DNA of 61,549 nt, the filler included, from Desulfobacterales bacterium (lineage in GTDB: Bacteria; Desulfobacterota; Desulfobacteria; Desulfobacterales; Desulfatibacillaceae), in the NCBI GenBank assembly GCA_020057225.1. It is 4 parts of 4 records of this genome, joined end to end, with 100 filler letters (N's around TTAATTAATTAA, not from the genome) between each part and the next. Parts side by side here need not be neighbours in the genome. Positions count along the whole stretch, not along the records: positions 23,022 to 43,471 come from JAGVGH010000180.1; positions 43,572 to 54,410 come from JAGVGH010000101.1; 2 more parts are not named here. The stretch is one strand, 5' to 3'. Positions 38,388-47,211 of this stretch are shown piece by piece. The translations under genes were made by a program, and so were the position numbers. The number at the start of each line of letters is the position of its first letter. The stretch's first letter is position 1. The notes beneath the pieces are model-generated. The model saw only the letters and a list, made by a program, of their open reading frames with translations, had not been told where the DNA came from and did not search any database.

Positions 38388-39533
38388 ATGGAATTCTCCC
38401 TAAGCTTTGAGGAACAGGAAATCCAAAAAGAGGCGGCCAAATTCGCCCGCAAGACATTGCTGCCCATTCACAAGGACATCGAGCGGGATGGAAAGCTCCC
38501 CCCGGTGGTCCACAAGGCGTTTTGTGACATGGAGATTCTGCGCCTGCCCTTTCCGGAAGAAGCGGGCGGCGCCGGAGGCACGTTTACCGGCCTGATGCTG
38601 GCTGTGAAGGAGCTGGCTTACGCCTGCCTTGTGCCGCCCAACATGCTGCTTGAAAATTACGTCCTGGCCTGGCCAGTGTGGGAATTCGGCACCCCGGCCA
38701 TGCGGGATGCGTTTCTGGAAGACCTGTTGTCGTTGAAAGCGGTGGGCGCCCTTGCCTTTACCGAGCCGGACACCGGCTCGGACCCTGTGCAGCTTAAAAC
38801 CACCGCTGTCAAGGCGGACGGGGGCTGGGTTTTAAACGGGACCAAGCGTTTCATCACCTACTCCGGCACCTGTGACCAGGTGGTAGTCTTCGCAAAAACC
38901 CCTGAAGGCGGCGTGGGCGCCTTTTTAATCGAGTCTAAAAATCCCGGCTACAAGCTGGGAAGGCGCGAGTCCTTCATGCATGTGGAGATAGACAACGGCG
39001 ATATTCTTCTTGAGAACTGTTTTGTTCCGGATGCCCACACCTTCGGAGGCCCGGCCCAGGGCTTCGAGGTGCTGTTGCGGACGGAAACCCTTGGGAAGGT
39101 GGGGTTTTGCGCGGTGTTTGCGGGAGTGATGGAGAGGGCCATGGACCTGGCCCTGGAATACGCCCTTACAAAAACCCACCGGGACAAGGCCATTGGCCAC
39201 AAGTTTCAAATGGTCCAGGTGAAACTCGCGGAAATGGCGGCCCTTGCCGAGGCCACGCGCGCGTATTTGTACTATGTGTGCGCCCTGGTGGACAAGGGCA
39301 GGGATGTGTTTATGGAGGCCGCCGCGCTCAAGCTCCTGGTGGGGGAAAACCTGCGGAGAATCGCGGGGGACGCGCTGGAACTGCATGGCGCCTACGGGTT
39401 GTCGGACGAGTACGGGATAGGCAGGATTTACAAAATGGCCATGGCGCCCAGCGTGGTTATGGGCGGCCTGGACCTCCAGCGGGTCATCGTGGCCAAGACC
39501 CTTCTTGGCCAGGGGACCTACTCGGGACGCTGA
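38388..39533 (+). CDS. Acyl-CoA dehydrogenase family protein, divergent (canonical catalytic Glu not seen)
   Basis: AFTEPDTGSD, LNGTKRFIT, FQMVQ.KLAEM, HGAYG; C-terminal VVMGG in place of IYEGT. Confidence 0.88.
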   Translation: MEFSLSFEEQEIQKEAAKFARKTLLPIHKDIERDGKLPPVVHKAFCDMEILRLPFPEEAGGAGGTFTGLMLAVKELAYACLVPPNMLLENYVLAWPVWEFGTPAMRDAFLEDLLSLKAVGALAFTEPDTGSDPVQLKTTAVKADGGWVLNGTKRFITYSGTCDQVVVFAKTPEGGVGAFLIESKNPGYKLGRRESFMHVEIDNGDILLENCFVPDAHTFGGPAQGFEVLLRTETLGKVGFCAVFAGVMERAMDLALEYALTKTHRDKAIGHKFQMVQVKLAEMAALAEATRAYLYYVCALVDKGRDVFMEAAALKLLVGENLRRIAGDALELHGAYGLSDEYGIGRIYKMAMAPSVVMGGLDLQRVIVAKTLLGQGTYSGR

Positions 39534-39599
39534 CAGGCTCTCCAGGTTTCCGGGGGAGCTTGGAGGGGGCGGGCGCGCCTCCCCGGCAAGGAGCGGTAT

Positions 39600-40019
39600 A
39601 TGGCGAAAATGTCTCCCTATGACAAGGCCCATCTTGTGGTGGCCGCGGTTCGGGTTTTGGGGCACAACAACGGTGTCCCGCCTACAGCGGGGGATACCGC
39701 CGCGTTTTTGGGAATGACCGCCGAGGAGGCGGGGGCGGTGGTGAACGCCCTGAAGAAATCCGGAGTGCTTGTGGCTGTGGAGTCCGCGGCCGGGGAACGT
39801 CTGTATCCCGGTGAAATGGCGCCCATCGAGGAACTGCCCAAAGACAACCAAGGCTCGGGCATGATGGAGGACTTGAAGAAGTTCGAGGCCGAAAAGAAGG
39901 CCCAGGCGGAGCGGTTCGCGGCTATGACCAAAAAGGAGGATCAGCGGAAAAAAGACCTTTTTTCCTCGCTGCAGGCCCAGCTCAGAGACAAGATTAAGAG
40001 CACGGATCCGGAAAAGTAG
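39600..40019 (+). CDS. Hypothetical protein (possible HTH N-terminus, charged helical C-terminus)
   Basis: AAGGAG RBS, 139-aa ORF, downstream hairpin at about 40035-40071. Confidence 0.7.
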   Translation: MAKMSPYDKAHLVVAAVRVLGHNNGVPPTAGDTAAFLGMTAEEAGAVVNALKKSGVLVAVESAAGERLYPGEMAPIEELPKDNQGSGMMEDLKKFEAEKKAQAERFAAMTKKEDQRKKDLFSSLQAQLRDKIKSTDPEK

Positions 40020-40466
40020 TCTGCCGGGAGGGGTGGCGGGGCATGGCCCTTTGGACAGCCATGCCCCGGCCAGGTTTGAGAGAGCGGGAGAGTGGAGTGT
40101 CCCGTCCTATCTGAACGGGACACCCGCGTTGTCCGGGGGTTCTGCTTTGCGGCGCGCACCTTCCTGGCTGCCGGGTGGGGGTCAATGGCGTCCGCGTACT
40201 TGGCCGCCGCGAAGGTCTTCTTGCCGCCTGCCCGGTTCAGGGAACCAGTCCGTGACAGTTTTGCCGCCGCGTTTCCCCCGCGCGGCCCTTCTCAGGCGCC
40301 CCAAGCCCCTGTTTTGCCTTGTTCCTCCCTGAAAACCTTTCACCGGGAACCGCTGTCGAGGGACAGGGCGGGGTTGCTTTTTTCCGCCTTCTGTGGTGAG
40401 GTTTCGGGCGCAACCAGAGAAGTTTGGCGCGCCACGCGCCGTGATATTCCGCCTGGAGCGCGAGCC

Positions 40467-41372
40467 ATGCCCGGACCTGTTAAAATCAAAAACAAAAGCG
40501 AGGCCCCCGGTGCCGCCGGGTGCCTTTTTGTTGTGACGCTCCTCGCGGTCGTTCTCGTCCTTGCCCTCATGTGGGCGCTGGGAATTCCCGTACACACCGG
40601 CAAACCTCTTCTCGACAGGGCGGTCCAGGCCCTTTTTATCTTCATCCCCTTTGCCGCCGCGGGCAAATTCATCAAAAAACCGTTCGAGTTCATGGACAAC
40701 CCCGGGGAAACCCCCCTTGCGCTTGAAACATACAGAGGAACCCTGGGGCGGGACTGGTGGATGTCGGCCCTGCTCTGGCCCCCGGTGCCGCTGGCCCTGG
40801 TTATCCTTGTCCGGGAAGCCCTTCCCGTCCCGGCGCCTCTCCCCGCCTTTCGCGCGCTCTTGAACATCGTGTTCGCCTTTGCGTTCTCGGTGTTCTACAT
40901 CAACATGCTTATGTACCGGGAACCGTACATCTGGACAGAGGAAGGGGTGCGGGCGGGGATGGCCCATTTTGCGGAATGGGAGAGCATTGACCACGTTGCG
41001 TTGCGGGACGGTGTCTGGCATCTTGTCCACAAGGCCAACCCGCGGCTTACCCTGGCCACGTTTCCGATTTCCGATTCCGCGGTCCAGGCGCGTTTTCGCC
41101 AGGAACTGGAAAAGCGGGGCATTCCGGTGCGCAACCAGGAGCCCGGGGCGCTTTTCGCGGTGAAAACCGTCTCCGGAGCGGCCACCTTTCTTTTAATGGC
41201 TGCGGGGTTTATCCTGTACCTCAAGGCCGGGGCAGGATCCCGGTGGTCTCTGGTATCCACTTTTGGGTTGTGCGTGCTGGCTGTTTTCATGTTAGAGCGC
41301 TACCGGGGGATAGCCTTGGTGACCATGGTGAAGCCGGTGGTGGAGGACGTTACCCTGGACGCGGAGGACTGA
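40467..41372 (+). CDS. Integral membrane protein of unknown function
   Basis: About 6 hydrophobic helices around a soluble segment; GGAG RBS; stop overlaps next start (TGATG). Confidence 0.7.
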   Translation: MPGPVKIKNKSEAPGAAGCLFVVTLLAVVLVLALMWALGIPVHTGKPLLDRAVQALFIFIPFAAAGKFIKKPFEFMDNPGETPLALETYRGTLGRDWWMSALLWPPVPLALVILVREALPVPAPLPAFRALLNIVFAFAFSVFYINMLMYREPYIWTEEGVRAGMAHFAEWESIDHVALRDGVWHLVHKANPRLTLATFPISDSAVQARFRQELEKRGIPVRNQEPGALFAVKTVSGAATFLLMAAGFILYLKAGAGSRWSLVSTFGLCVLAVFMLERYRGIALVTMVKPVVEDVTLDAED

Positions 41373-41839
41373 TGACGGAGATACAGCCGATGCAATACCT
41401 TGCGGGTAGGAGGCTTCTTGTTTTTCCGGCCGTGGCGGACACCATGTTGCCCGCTGTGGGGCGCGCGCCTTCGGGCGGCGTGGAAAGAACGGCAAGGATC
41501 GCGGACTGGGCGCTCGGGCGACTGCCTCAAAAACCGCGGGGGAAGTTTTTATTGCTCCTTCTCATCGTGGAATTCCTAGGCATCTTTTTTGGCGGCAAGC
41601 CGTTTTCCAAATGCGCCCCGGAGGCCCGCGTGCGGCTTTTCGCGTGGATGGAGACCAACCGGCTCAGGCTTTTCCGCATGGGATTTTTCGGGCTTAAGAA
41701 TTACGTTTGCGTGGGCTACTACACCCGGGAGGATATTTGGCGCGGCATTGGGTACGCAGGCCCCATAGAAGGCGGGAGAATGTTTCCGGACGCGGGGATC
41801 CGCGCGCTGTGCCAGGGGGAGCCGGGAGGGGGGCGATGA
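41372..41839 (+). CDS. GMC oxidoreductase-associated small subunit (gluconate 2-dehydrogenase gamma-like)
   Basis: PFS.C.PE.R...F..ME...R.GF.GLK.....GYY pattern; coupled (ATGA) to a GMC remnant. Confidence 0.6.
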   Translation: MTEIQPMQYLAGRRLLVFPAVADTMLPAVGRAPSGGVERTARIADWALGRLPQKPRGKFLLLLLIVEFLGIFFGGKPFSKCAPEARVRLFAWMETNRLRLFRMGFFGLKNYVCVGYYTREDIWRGIGYAGPIEGGRMFPDAGIRALCQGEPGGGR

Positions 41840-41985
41840 AAAACGGGTTTGATGTGATTATCGCCGGCTCCGGCGCCGGGGGCGTGAACCCGTATCTTAC
41901 GGTGATGGCCCTGGCCGAGCGTGTGGAGGAGGCGGTGGCCGGGAGGAAGGCGGAGGGGGCGTCTGTTTCGGGACAGAAGCCTTGA
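41836..41985 (+). pseudogene. GMC oxidoreductase collapsed by internal deletion
   Basis: N-terminal FAD motif FDVIIAGSGAGG fused directly to the C-terminal GVNPYLTVMALAER. Confidence 0.8.
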
Positions 41986-42094
41986 ACAGGGAACCTTGAG
42001 AGTTGCCACCGGGTAACCCGTTGCGGCTCAAACAAACAGAAAAATGAGCCGCAAAATATGCCGGGGCGCCCTGGGACCGGCGTGGAGAAAAACC

Positions 42095-43210
42095 ATGTCC
42101 AGCGAAACCTACATGCGCATGGCCCTGGAAATGGCGAAACTGGGAGAGGGCTGGACTTCGCCCAATCCCATGGTGGGCGCCGTGGTGGTCAAGGACGGCG
42201 AGGCCGTGGGCAGCGGATACCATGCCAAGGCCGGCCAGGCCCACGCCGAGGTCAACGCCCTTGCGGCCGCGGGCGTCCGCGCCCGGGGCGCCACGCTGTA
42301 TGTCACCCTCGAGCCCTGCAACCACACGGGAAAAACGCCCCCCTGCACCCAGGCTGTTCTCGCCGCGGGCGTCTCCCGGGTGGTGGTGGCCATGGAAGAC
42401 CCCAATCCAAAGGTCAAGGGCGGAGGCATCGAATTCCTCCGGAGCCGCGGGGTCGAGGTGGAGACAGGGGTACTGGAAAAAGAGGCAAGGGAACTCAACG
42501 CGTTTTGGCGCAAACATGTGACAACCGGCAGGCCCTTTGTGCTCGCCAAGTGCGCCGCGACCCTGGACGGACACATCGCCACCCGGACCGGCCACTCCCA
42601 GTGGATCACCAACACTCTCTCCCGGGAGCGCGCGCATCTCTTCCGCCACACCGTGGACGCGGTCCTGGTGGGCATCGGCACTGTCCACGCGGACGATCCG
42701 GCCTTGAACGTCCGGCTCCCCAACCGGCCCGGCAGGGACCCCTTGCGCGTGGTGCTCGACCCCATGCTCTCCATCCACAGGGACGCGCGCCTTCTGCACA
42801 TCGAATCCGAGGCGGCCGCGCTTTTAGTGTGCGCGCCCGGCGTTCCGGCTGAAAAACGCGCGGAGCTGGAAAGCCTGGGCGCCTGGGTGGCGGTTGTTCC
42901 CCACGGCCCGGACGGACGGGTTGATTTTCCCGCGCTTCTTGATTATTTAGGCCGGATGGACATAACCTCCCTGATGATCGAGGGCGGGGGGCGTGTTCTT
43001 GGCGCGGCCCTTACGGCCAGGGCGGTTGACAAGGTGGCGCTTTTTTACGCGCCCAAGCTGTTGGGAGGTTCCGACGGCGTTCCCATGTTCGCCGGTCCCG
43101 GGGCGGAGCGCATGGACCAGACCCCGCGTCTCCGGGACGTGGCGGTTTCCCGGCACGGGGATGATTTACTGGTGGAGGGATATGTGGTGTATCCGGAGGG
43201 GAGAAGTTAG
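42095..43210 (+). CDS. ribD: Bifunctional riboflavin deaminase/reductase
   Basis: PNPMVGAVVV, HAE, TLEPCNH.GKTPPC, LDG.IA, DDP.LNVR, IEGG. Confidence 0.97.
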   Translation: MSSETYMRMALEMAKLGEGWTSPNPMVGAVVVKDGEAVGSGYHAKAGQAHAEVNALAAAGVRARGATLYVTLEPCNHTGKTPPCTQAVLAAGVSRVVVAMEDPNPKVKGGGIEFLRSRGVEVETGVLEKEARELNAFWRKHVTTGRPFVLAKCAATLDGHIATRTGHSQWITNTLSRERAHLFRHTVDAVLVGIGTVHADDPALNVRLPNRPGRDPLRVVLDPMLSIHRDARLLHIESEAAALLVCAPGVPAEKRAELESLGAWVAVVPHGPDGRVDFPALLDYLGRMDITSLMIEGGGRVLGAALTARAVDKVALFYAPKLLGGSDGVPMFAGPGAERMDQTPRLRDVAVSRHGDDLLVEGYVVYPEGRS

Positions 43211-43216
43211 GAGAAA

Positions 43217-43471
43217 GGATTACAGGCAACGGCAACGGCAAAGACGAAGGCAAAGACGAATGTAGAATATCGAACAGCAGAACCGCAGAACCGCAGAAGG
43301 GGAAGGCAAAGGCAAAGGCAACGGCAAAGACGAATGTAGAATATCGAACAGCAGAACCGCAGAAGGGGAAGGCCAAGGAGCAGACGTAGGTCGGGTGGTT
43401 CTGCCCGAAGGGCAGGTTCACCCGACACTATCACAGCCATGTAGGATTACAGGCAACGGCAAAGGCAAAGG
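43217..43471. repeat. Composite repeat: GGCAA(C/A) hexamers, a duplicated 42-bp unit and a GTAG-REP unit
   Basis: GGCAAAGACGAATGTAGAATATCGAACAGCAGAACCGCAGAA at 43249 and 43323; REP at about 43386-43426; contig ends here. Confidence 0.75.
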
Positions 43472-43571
43472 NNNNNNNNNNNNNNNNNNNNNNNNNNNNN
43501 NNNNNNNNNNNNNNNTTAATTAATTAANNNNNNNNNNNNNNNNNNNNNNNNNNNNNNNNNNNNNNNNNNNN
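43472..43571. other. Assembly gap with artificial linker
   Basis: N run - TTAATTAATTAA - N run. Confidence 0.98.
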
Positions 43572-43904
43572 CGCTCCGCCACCGCCGGAGGCGCCGCCGC
43601 CAGGCGCCGCGTCCGAGGCCACGGCAAAATCCAGAAGATTGACAGGGATAACTCCCATGGGCACCGTCCGGACGCCCGCGGCGCCGGGCAGCAACACAAG
43701 ACAAAGGACAAGAGCGGCGTGAAACGCCACCGAAACGGCGGCCATCGCGCCCGCGCGGAACCGGCATCCCGAGGCATGCTCCCGGTAAACGCCAAAAGCG
43801 CCCTCCTCCTCAAACAGGCGTCCGCCCCGGTCTTGAAGGAGACGGGCAAGCCGCTCCCCCATTCCGCGCACCAGTTCCTCTTCAGGCTCCAGACAGAACC
43901 GCAC
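43572..43904 (-). CDS. Probable TonB/TolA-type energy transducer, N-terminal part (cut by gap; start uncertain)
   Basis: TM helix with SxxxH motif (SVAFHAALVLCLVLL), then VIPVNL and a Gly/Ala linker; divergent from a TBDR cluster. Confidence 0.6.
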
Positions 43905-43969
43905 GTTCGCCCCCTGGCCGCGCCTCCGGCACCGGACCCCGCTATGCGTTTGCGTGTCCGGCCTTAGGT

Positions 43970-44020
43970 AAAAAAAACCACGAGGTTTTTTCCCTTCAGG
44001 GAAAAGAGACCCTCGTGGCC
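43970..44020 (-). terminator. Leader terminator upstream of the tonB-like gene
   Basis: Minus strand GGCCACGAGG..TTTTCCC-TGAA-GGGAAAA..CCTCGTGG followed by a T run. Confidence 0.75.
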
Positions 44021-44088
44021 GCGTTGCCGGTTATTGCTTTGTTTGTCGCTTTGGTCTCCGGATTTCGTTATCCGGCCTTTTGAGCCGG

Positions 44089-44170
44089 ATTTTTAGCCCC
44101 CCTCTTTCATGGAAGTCAAGTTTTTTTTCAAAGGAAAAGGCTTGACAAGCGCCAAGCCCAACGGTAGAGG
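44089..44170. promoter_or_regulatory. Candidate back-to-back sigma70 promoters
   Basis: Plus: TTGACA(44142)-N17-TAGAGG; minus: TTGACT(44119)-N18-TAAAAA; both -10 boxes imperfect. Confidence 0.45.
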
Positions 44171-44253
44171 GTAGCCAAATTCGGCGGTAGGAAACCACGG
44201 GCGCGGACTCGAATTTGCCCGAAAGCCGTAAAAGCCGTTTCACTAGTCAAACG

Positions 44254-44313
44254 AAGCCATGAAGGCCAAGGAAAGGGACACCCCTTTCCCGGCCTTCATG
44301 GCTTTTTTGTTTT
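44254..44313 (+). terminator. Leader terminator directly before the RBS of the ABC substrate-binding gene
   Basis: AAGCCATGAAGGCC...GGCCTTCATGGCTT 14-bp outer stem, inner GGAAAGGG/CCCTTTCC, T run, then CAGGAGG. Confidence 0.8.
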
Positions 44314-44326
44314 CAGGAGGCGTCTG

Positions 44327-45370
44327 ATGCGGCACCCGTTCCGGCTCCGGTTGATTTTCCTGTTCGCGGCCGCGCTTGCGGCGGCCCTCGTGTTCCACGG
44401 GGCCGCCCAGGCGCTGGCGGAGGCGCCCAAAACCGTCACGGTGACCGACGCCGGGGGAAGACCTGTGACCATCCGGCTTCCCGTCCGCAGGATCGTCGCC
44501 CTCAACACCGATGGCGCCGAGGTTCTGCGGATTCTCCGGGCAGGCTCCCTTCTGGCGGGCGCAAGCTCCCTCATCCAAAAAGAGCCGGATTTCTGGCCGG
44601 AGTTCAAGAACCTCCCCCTTGTCGGCAAGTGGAACGACCCGGACATGGAGGCCATTGTTCAGATCAAACCGGATCTCGTGGTGTGCTATAGCGACACGCC
44701 CGGAAAAACCTTCGAGGAAAAGGTGGGCAGGCTGGGCATACAGATTCTGCGCATGGACTTCCACATGCCGGAAACCATCGAACAGGAGGTGGAAACCCTG
44801 GGGAGGGTGCTGGGCCGTGAAAAGGAGGCGGGGGGGTACATCGCCTGGTTAAGGGAAAAGCGGGAACTGGTGCAAAAATGCCTTTCCGGGGTTACGACAC
44901 GGCCCAACGTGTATCTGGAGGCGTACTCGGACTTCCGGACCTCCGGCCCGGAGACGGCCATGCACCAGATCTGCGCCGAGGGAGGCGGGGTCAATGTGGC
45001 CGCGCTTGCCAGCATCCCCCACGCCGAGGTGACGGCGGAATGGCTCCTCTCCCGGGCGCCCGCGGCCATGGTCAAAGCGGGAAGCCTCAGCACCGCCTAC
45101 ATGGCGCGGGACGACACGGAAATACGCGCCATTCACACCCGGGTGCCCGCGCGGCAGGGCTGGGAGCTTCTGCCCATGGTCCGGAACGGAAACATCCATG
45201 TTCTCGCAAGCGCTGTCGGCCCTGGCCCCAGATTTATCGTCGGCGTCATGTATATGGCGAAATGGCTCCATCCCCAGGCATGCGGGGCGCTGGACCCTGC
45301 GGGAACCCACAGGGAATACGTGGAGCGTTTTCAGGGCGTTCCTTTAAAGGGGGTTTATGTTTTTCCGTGA
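44327..45370 (+). CDS. ABC transporter substrate-binding protein (BtuF/FecB-type, cobalamin/haem/siderophore class)
   Basis: Signal peptide; VTDAGGRPVTI..PVRRIVAL; P.VG....PD.E.I...KPDLV; GPR...G...MAKWLHP. Confidence 0.9.
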   Translation: MRHPFRLRLIFLFAAALAAALVFHGAAQALAEAPKTVTVTDAGGRPVTIRLPVRRIVALNTDGAEVLRILRAGSLLAGASSLIQKEPDFWPEFKNLPLVGKWNDPDMEAIVQIKPDLVVCYSDTPGKTFEEKVGRLGIQILRMDFHMPETIEQEVETLGRVLGREKEAGGYIAWLREKRELVQKCLSGVTTRPNVYLEAYSDFRTSGPETAMHQICAEGGGVNVAALASIPHAEVTAEWLLSRAPAAMVKAGSLSTAYMARDDTEIRAIHTRVPARQGWELLPMVRNGNIHVLASAVGPGPRFIVGVMYMAKWLHPQACGALDPAGTHREYVERFQGVPLKGVYVFP

Positions 45371-45380
45371 CACGGCAACG

Positions 45381-46424
45381 GTGAACGAGGCGGGCGGGCG
45401 GCCAGAGGCGACAGGGGCCGCGGCCTACGGGCTTATGGGCAGGCGGAAAACCCTGGGGCTTTTCGCGCTTCTCTGCCTCACCCTGGGCGCGGCCCTGGCG
45501 GGGCTTCTTATAGGAACCTACGACACGGGAATCCGCGACCTTGCGGCGGCCCTCCTTGGAGAGACCGGCACTAAAAGCGCCATTATCCTGGGGCTGCGCC
45601 TTCCGCGCGTGGTCATGGCCCTGTTGGTGGGCGCGGGCCTTGCTGTTGGCGGCGCGGTGTGCCAGGCCGTCCTGGGAAACCCCCTGGCCTCGCCCTTTAC
45701 CCTGGGTGTCTCCTCGGGCGCCGGCTTTGGCGCGGTTTTGGGAATCGTCCTCTTCCACTCCTCCCATCCCGACGCCGTGGCCGCCAGCGCGCTGGTTTTC
45801 GCCGCTATCTCCACGCTGCTCATTCTGGGAATCAACAACATCCGGGGCGCCGGGTCCGAAACCCTCATCCTGGGCGGCGTGGCGGTCATGTTCCTGTTCT
45901 CCTCCCTTACCTCCTTTGTCCAGTACACCGGCACCCTGCAGGAGGTGGGCGACATCGTTTTCTGGTTTTTCGGCAGCCTGAGCAAGGCCGGATGGCGGCA
46001 CATCGCGGTGTCCGCGGTGATGATCGCGCTTCCCATGCCATACCTCTATCTCAAAGCCTGGGACTACAACGCCTTCCTCGCCGGGGACGAGGCCGCGCTG
46101 GCGCTCGGGGTCCATGTGGGACGGCTCCGGACCGCCTCCATCTGTCTTTCCGCACTGCTCACCGCGGGCGCCATCTGCTTCGTGGGCGTGATAGGCTTCA
46201 TCGGCCTGGTCGCGCCCCACATCGCCCGGATGCTCGTGGGCAGCGACCACCGCTATCTTCTGCCCGCCTCGGCCCTTTCCGGGGCCGCCCTCGTGGCTCT
46301 TGCGGACCTCATCTCCCGGATCCTGTGGCCGCCTCAAATCATCCCCATCGGCATCATGACCTCGTTTCTCGGGGTCCCGTTTTTCTTTTTCCTGCTCGTG
46401 CGGCGGACCAGGAGGCGCCTCTGA
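45381..46424 (+). CDS. FecCD/BtuC family ABC permease
   Basis: LRLPRV, Q.VL.NPLASPFTLGVSSGA, GDE.A.ALGV, G.IGFIGLVAPHIAR. Confidence 0.93.
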   Translation: MNEAGGRPEATGAAAYGLMGRRKTLGLFALLCLTLGAALAGLLIGTYDTGIRDLAAALLGETGTKSAIILGLRLPRVVMALLVGAGLAVGGAVCQAVLGNPLASPFTLGVSSGAGFGAVLGIVLFHSSHPDAVAASALVFAAISTLLILGINNIRGAGSETLILGGVAVMFLFSSLTSFVQYTGTLQEVGDIVFWFFGSLSKAGWRHIAVSAVMIALPMPYLYLKAWDYNAFLAGDEAALALGVHVGRLRTASICLSALLTAGAICFVGVIGFIGLVAPHIARMLVGSDHRYLLPASALSGAALVALADLISRILWPPQIIPIGIMTSFLGVPFFFFLLVRRTRRRL

Positions 46425-47191
46425 TGCTCGAAACGCACAACCTTGGTTTCGGCTGGGGAAAAACCCGATGTCTTAGCGGAGTCAGCCTCTCGGTCAAGCC
46501 CGGCGAGGTTGTCTCCGTCATCGGGCCCAACGGCGCCGGAAAAAGCACCCTGTTAAAGTGCATTCTCCATATTCTCAAACCCGGGGAGGGAGAGGCGCGG
46601 GTGCATGGAAAAAACGTGGGCGCGCTCCATCCCAGGGAGAGGGCCATGAAAATGGCCTATGTGCCCCAGGCCCTGCCCTCCAAATTTCCCATGTCCGTCT
46701 TTGACGTGGTGCTTTTGGGCAGGCGTCCGTATCTCTCCTGGAAGGCGGCGGACAGGGATATTGAAAAGGCGGGCCGGGAACTCGAGCGCATGGGTCTTTC
46801 CCGCCTTGCCTGCCGGGATTACGACACCCTTTCCGGAGGGCAAAAGCAAAAAGTCATGCTTGCCCGGGCCTTTGCCCAGGACGCGGAGTTTTTGCTTCTG
46901 GACGAGCCCACCAGCAACCTGGATTTGAGGCACCAGCTCGAGGTCATGTGCCTGTTGAAGGAGTACACGGCCCAGGACGGCAAGGGCGCCCTGGTGGTGC
47001 TGCACAACCTCAACACCGCGGCGCGGTTTTCAGACCGTATCGTCATGCTCCAGGAAGGGAGCGTGTTTAGGGCGGGCCTTCCCTGGGATGTTTTGAGCGG
47101 AAAAAACATTGAAACGGTTTACGGGGTAGAGGTGGAAACCGTCGGATTGAACGGATGCCGCGTGGTGGTTCCATTGCGGGTAGCGGGCTAA
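46424..47191 (+). CDS. ABC transporter ATP-binding protein (FepC/BtuD-like)
   Basis: GPNGAGKST, LSGGQKQ, LLLDEPT..LD..HQ; TGATG coupling. Confidence 0.94.
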   Translation: MLETHNLGFGWGKTRCLSGVSLSVKPGEVVSVIGPNGAGKSTLLKCILHILKPGEGEARVHGKNVGALHPRERAMKMAYVPQALPSKFPMSVFDVVLLGRRPYLSWKAADRDIEKAGRELERMGLSRLACRDYDTLSGGQKQKVMLARAFAQDAEFLLLDEPTSNLDLRHQLEVMCLLKEYTAQDGKGALVVLHNLNTAARFSDRIVMLQEGSVFRAGLPWDVLSGKNIETVYGVEVETVGLNGCRVVVPLRVAG

Positions 47192-47211
47192 AAGCCCCGG
47201 GAGGTTGTTTT

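Noticed and set aside
40020..40466. Possible gene remnant or ncRNA in the spacer with hairpins
   Set aside because: No identifiable family motif; the hairpins are compatible with ordinary termination.
43249..43364. Two 42-bp direct repeats resembling a mini CRISPR
   Set aside because: Only two units, the spacer is low-complexity repeat sequence, and there are no cas genes.
44020..44326. Cobalamin riboswitch expected upstream of the btu-like/cobN operon
   Set aside because: No GGGAA..GGTG.AA.TCC, GCCCCCGC.ACTGT or AG.CAG.A.ACC elements found by eye on either strand; also none before the TBDR or cbiO.
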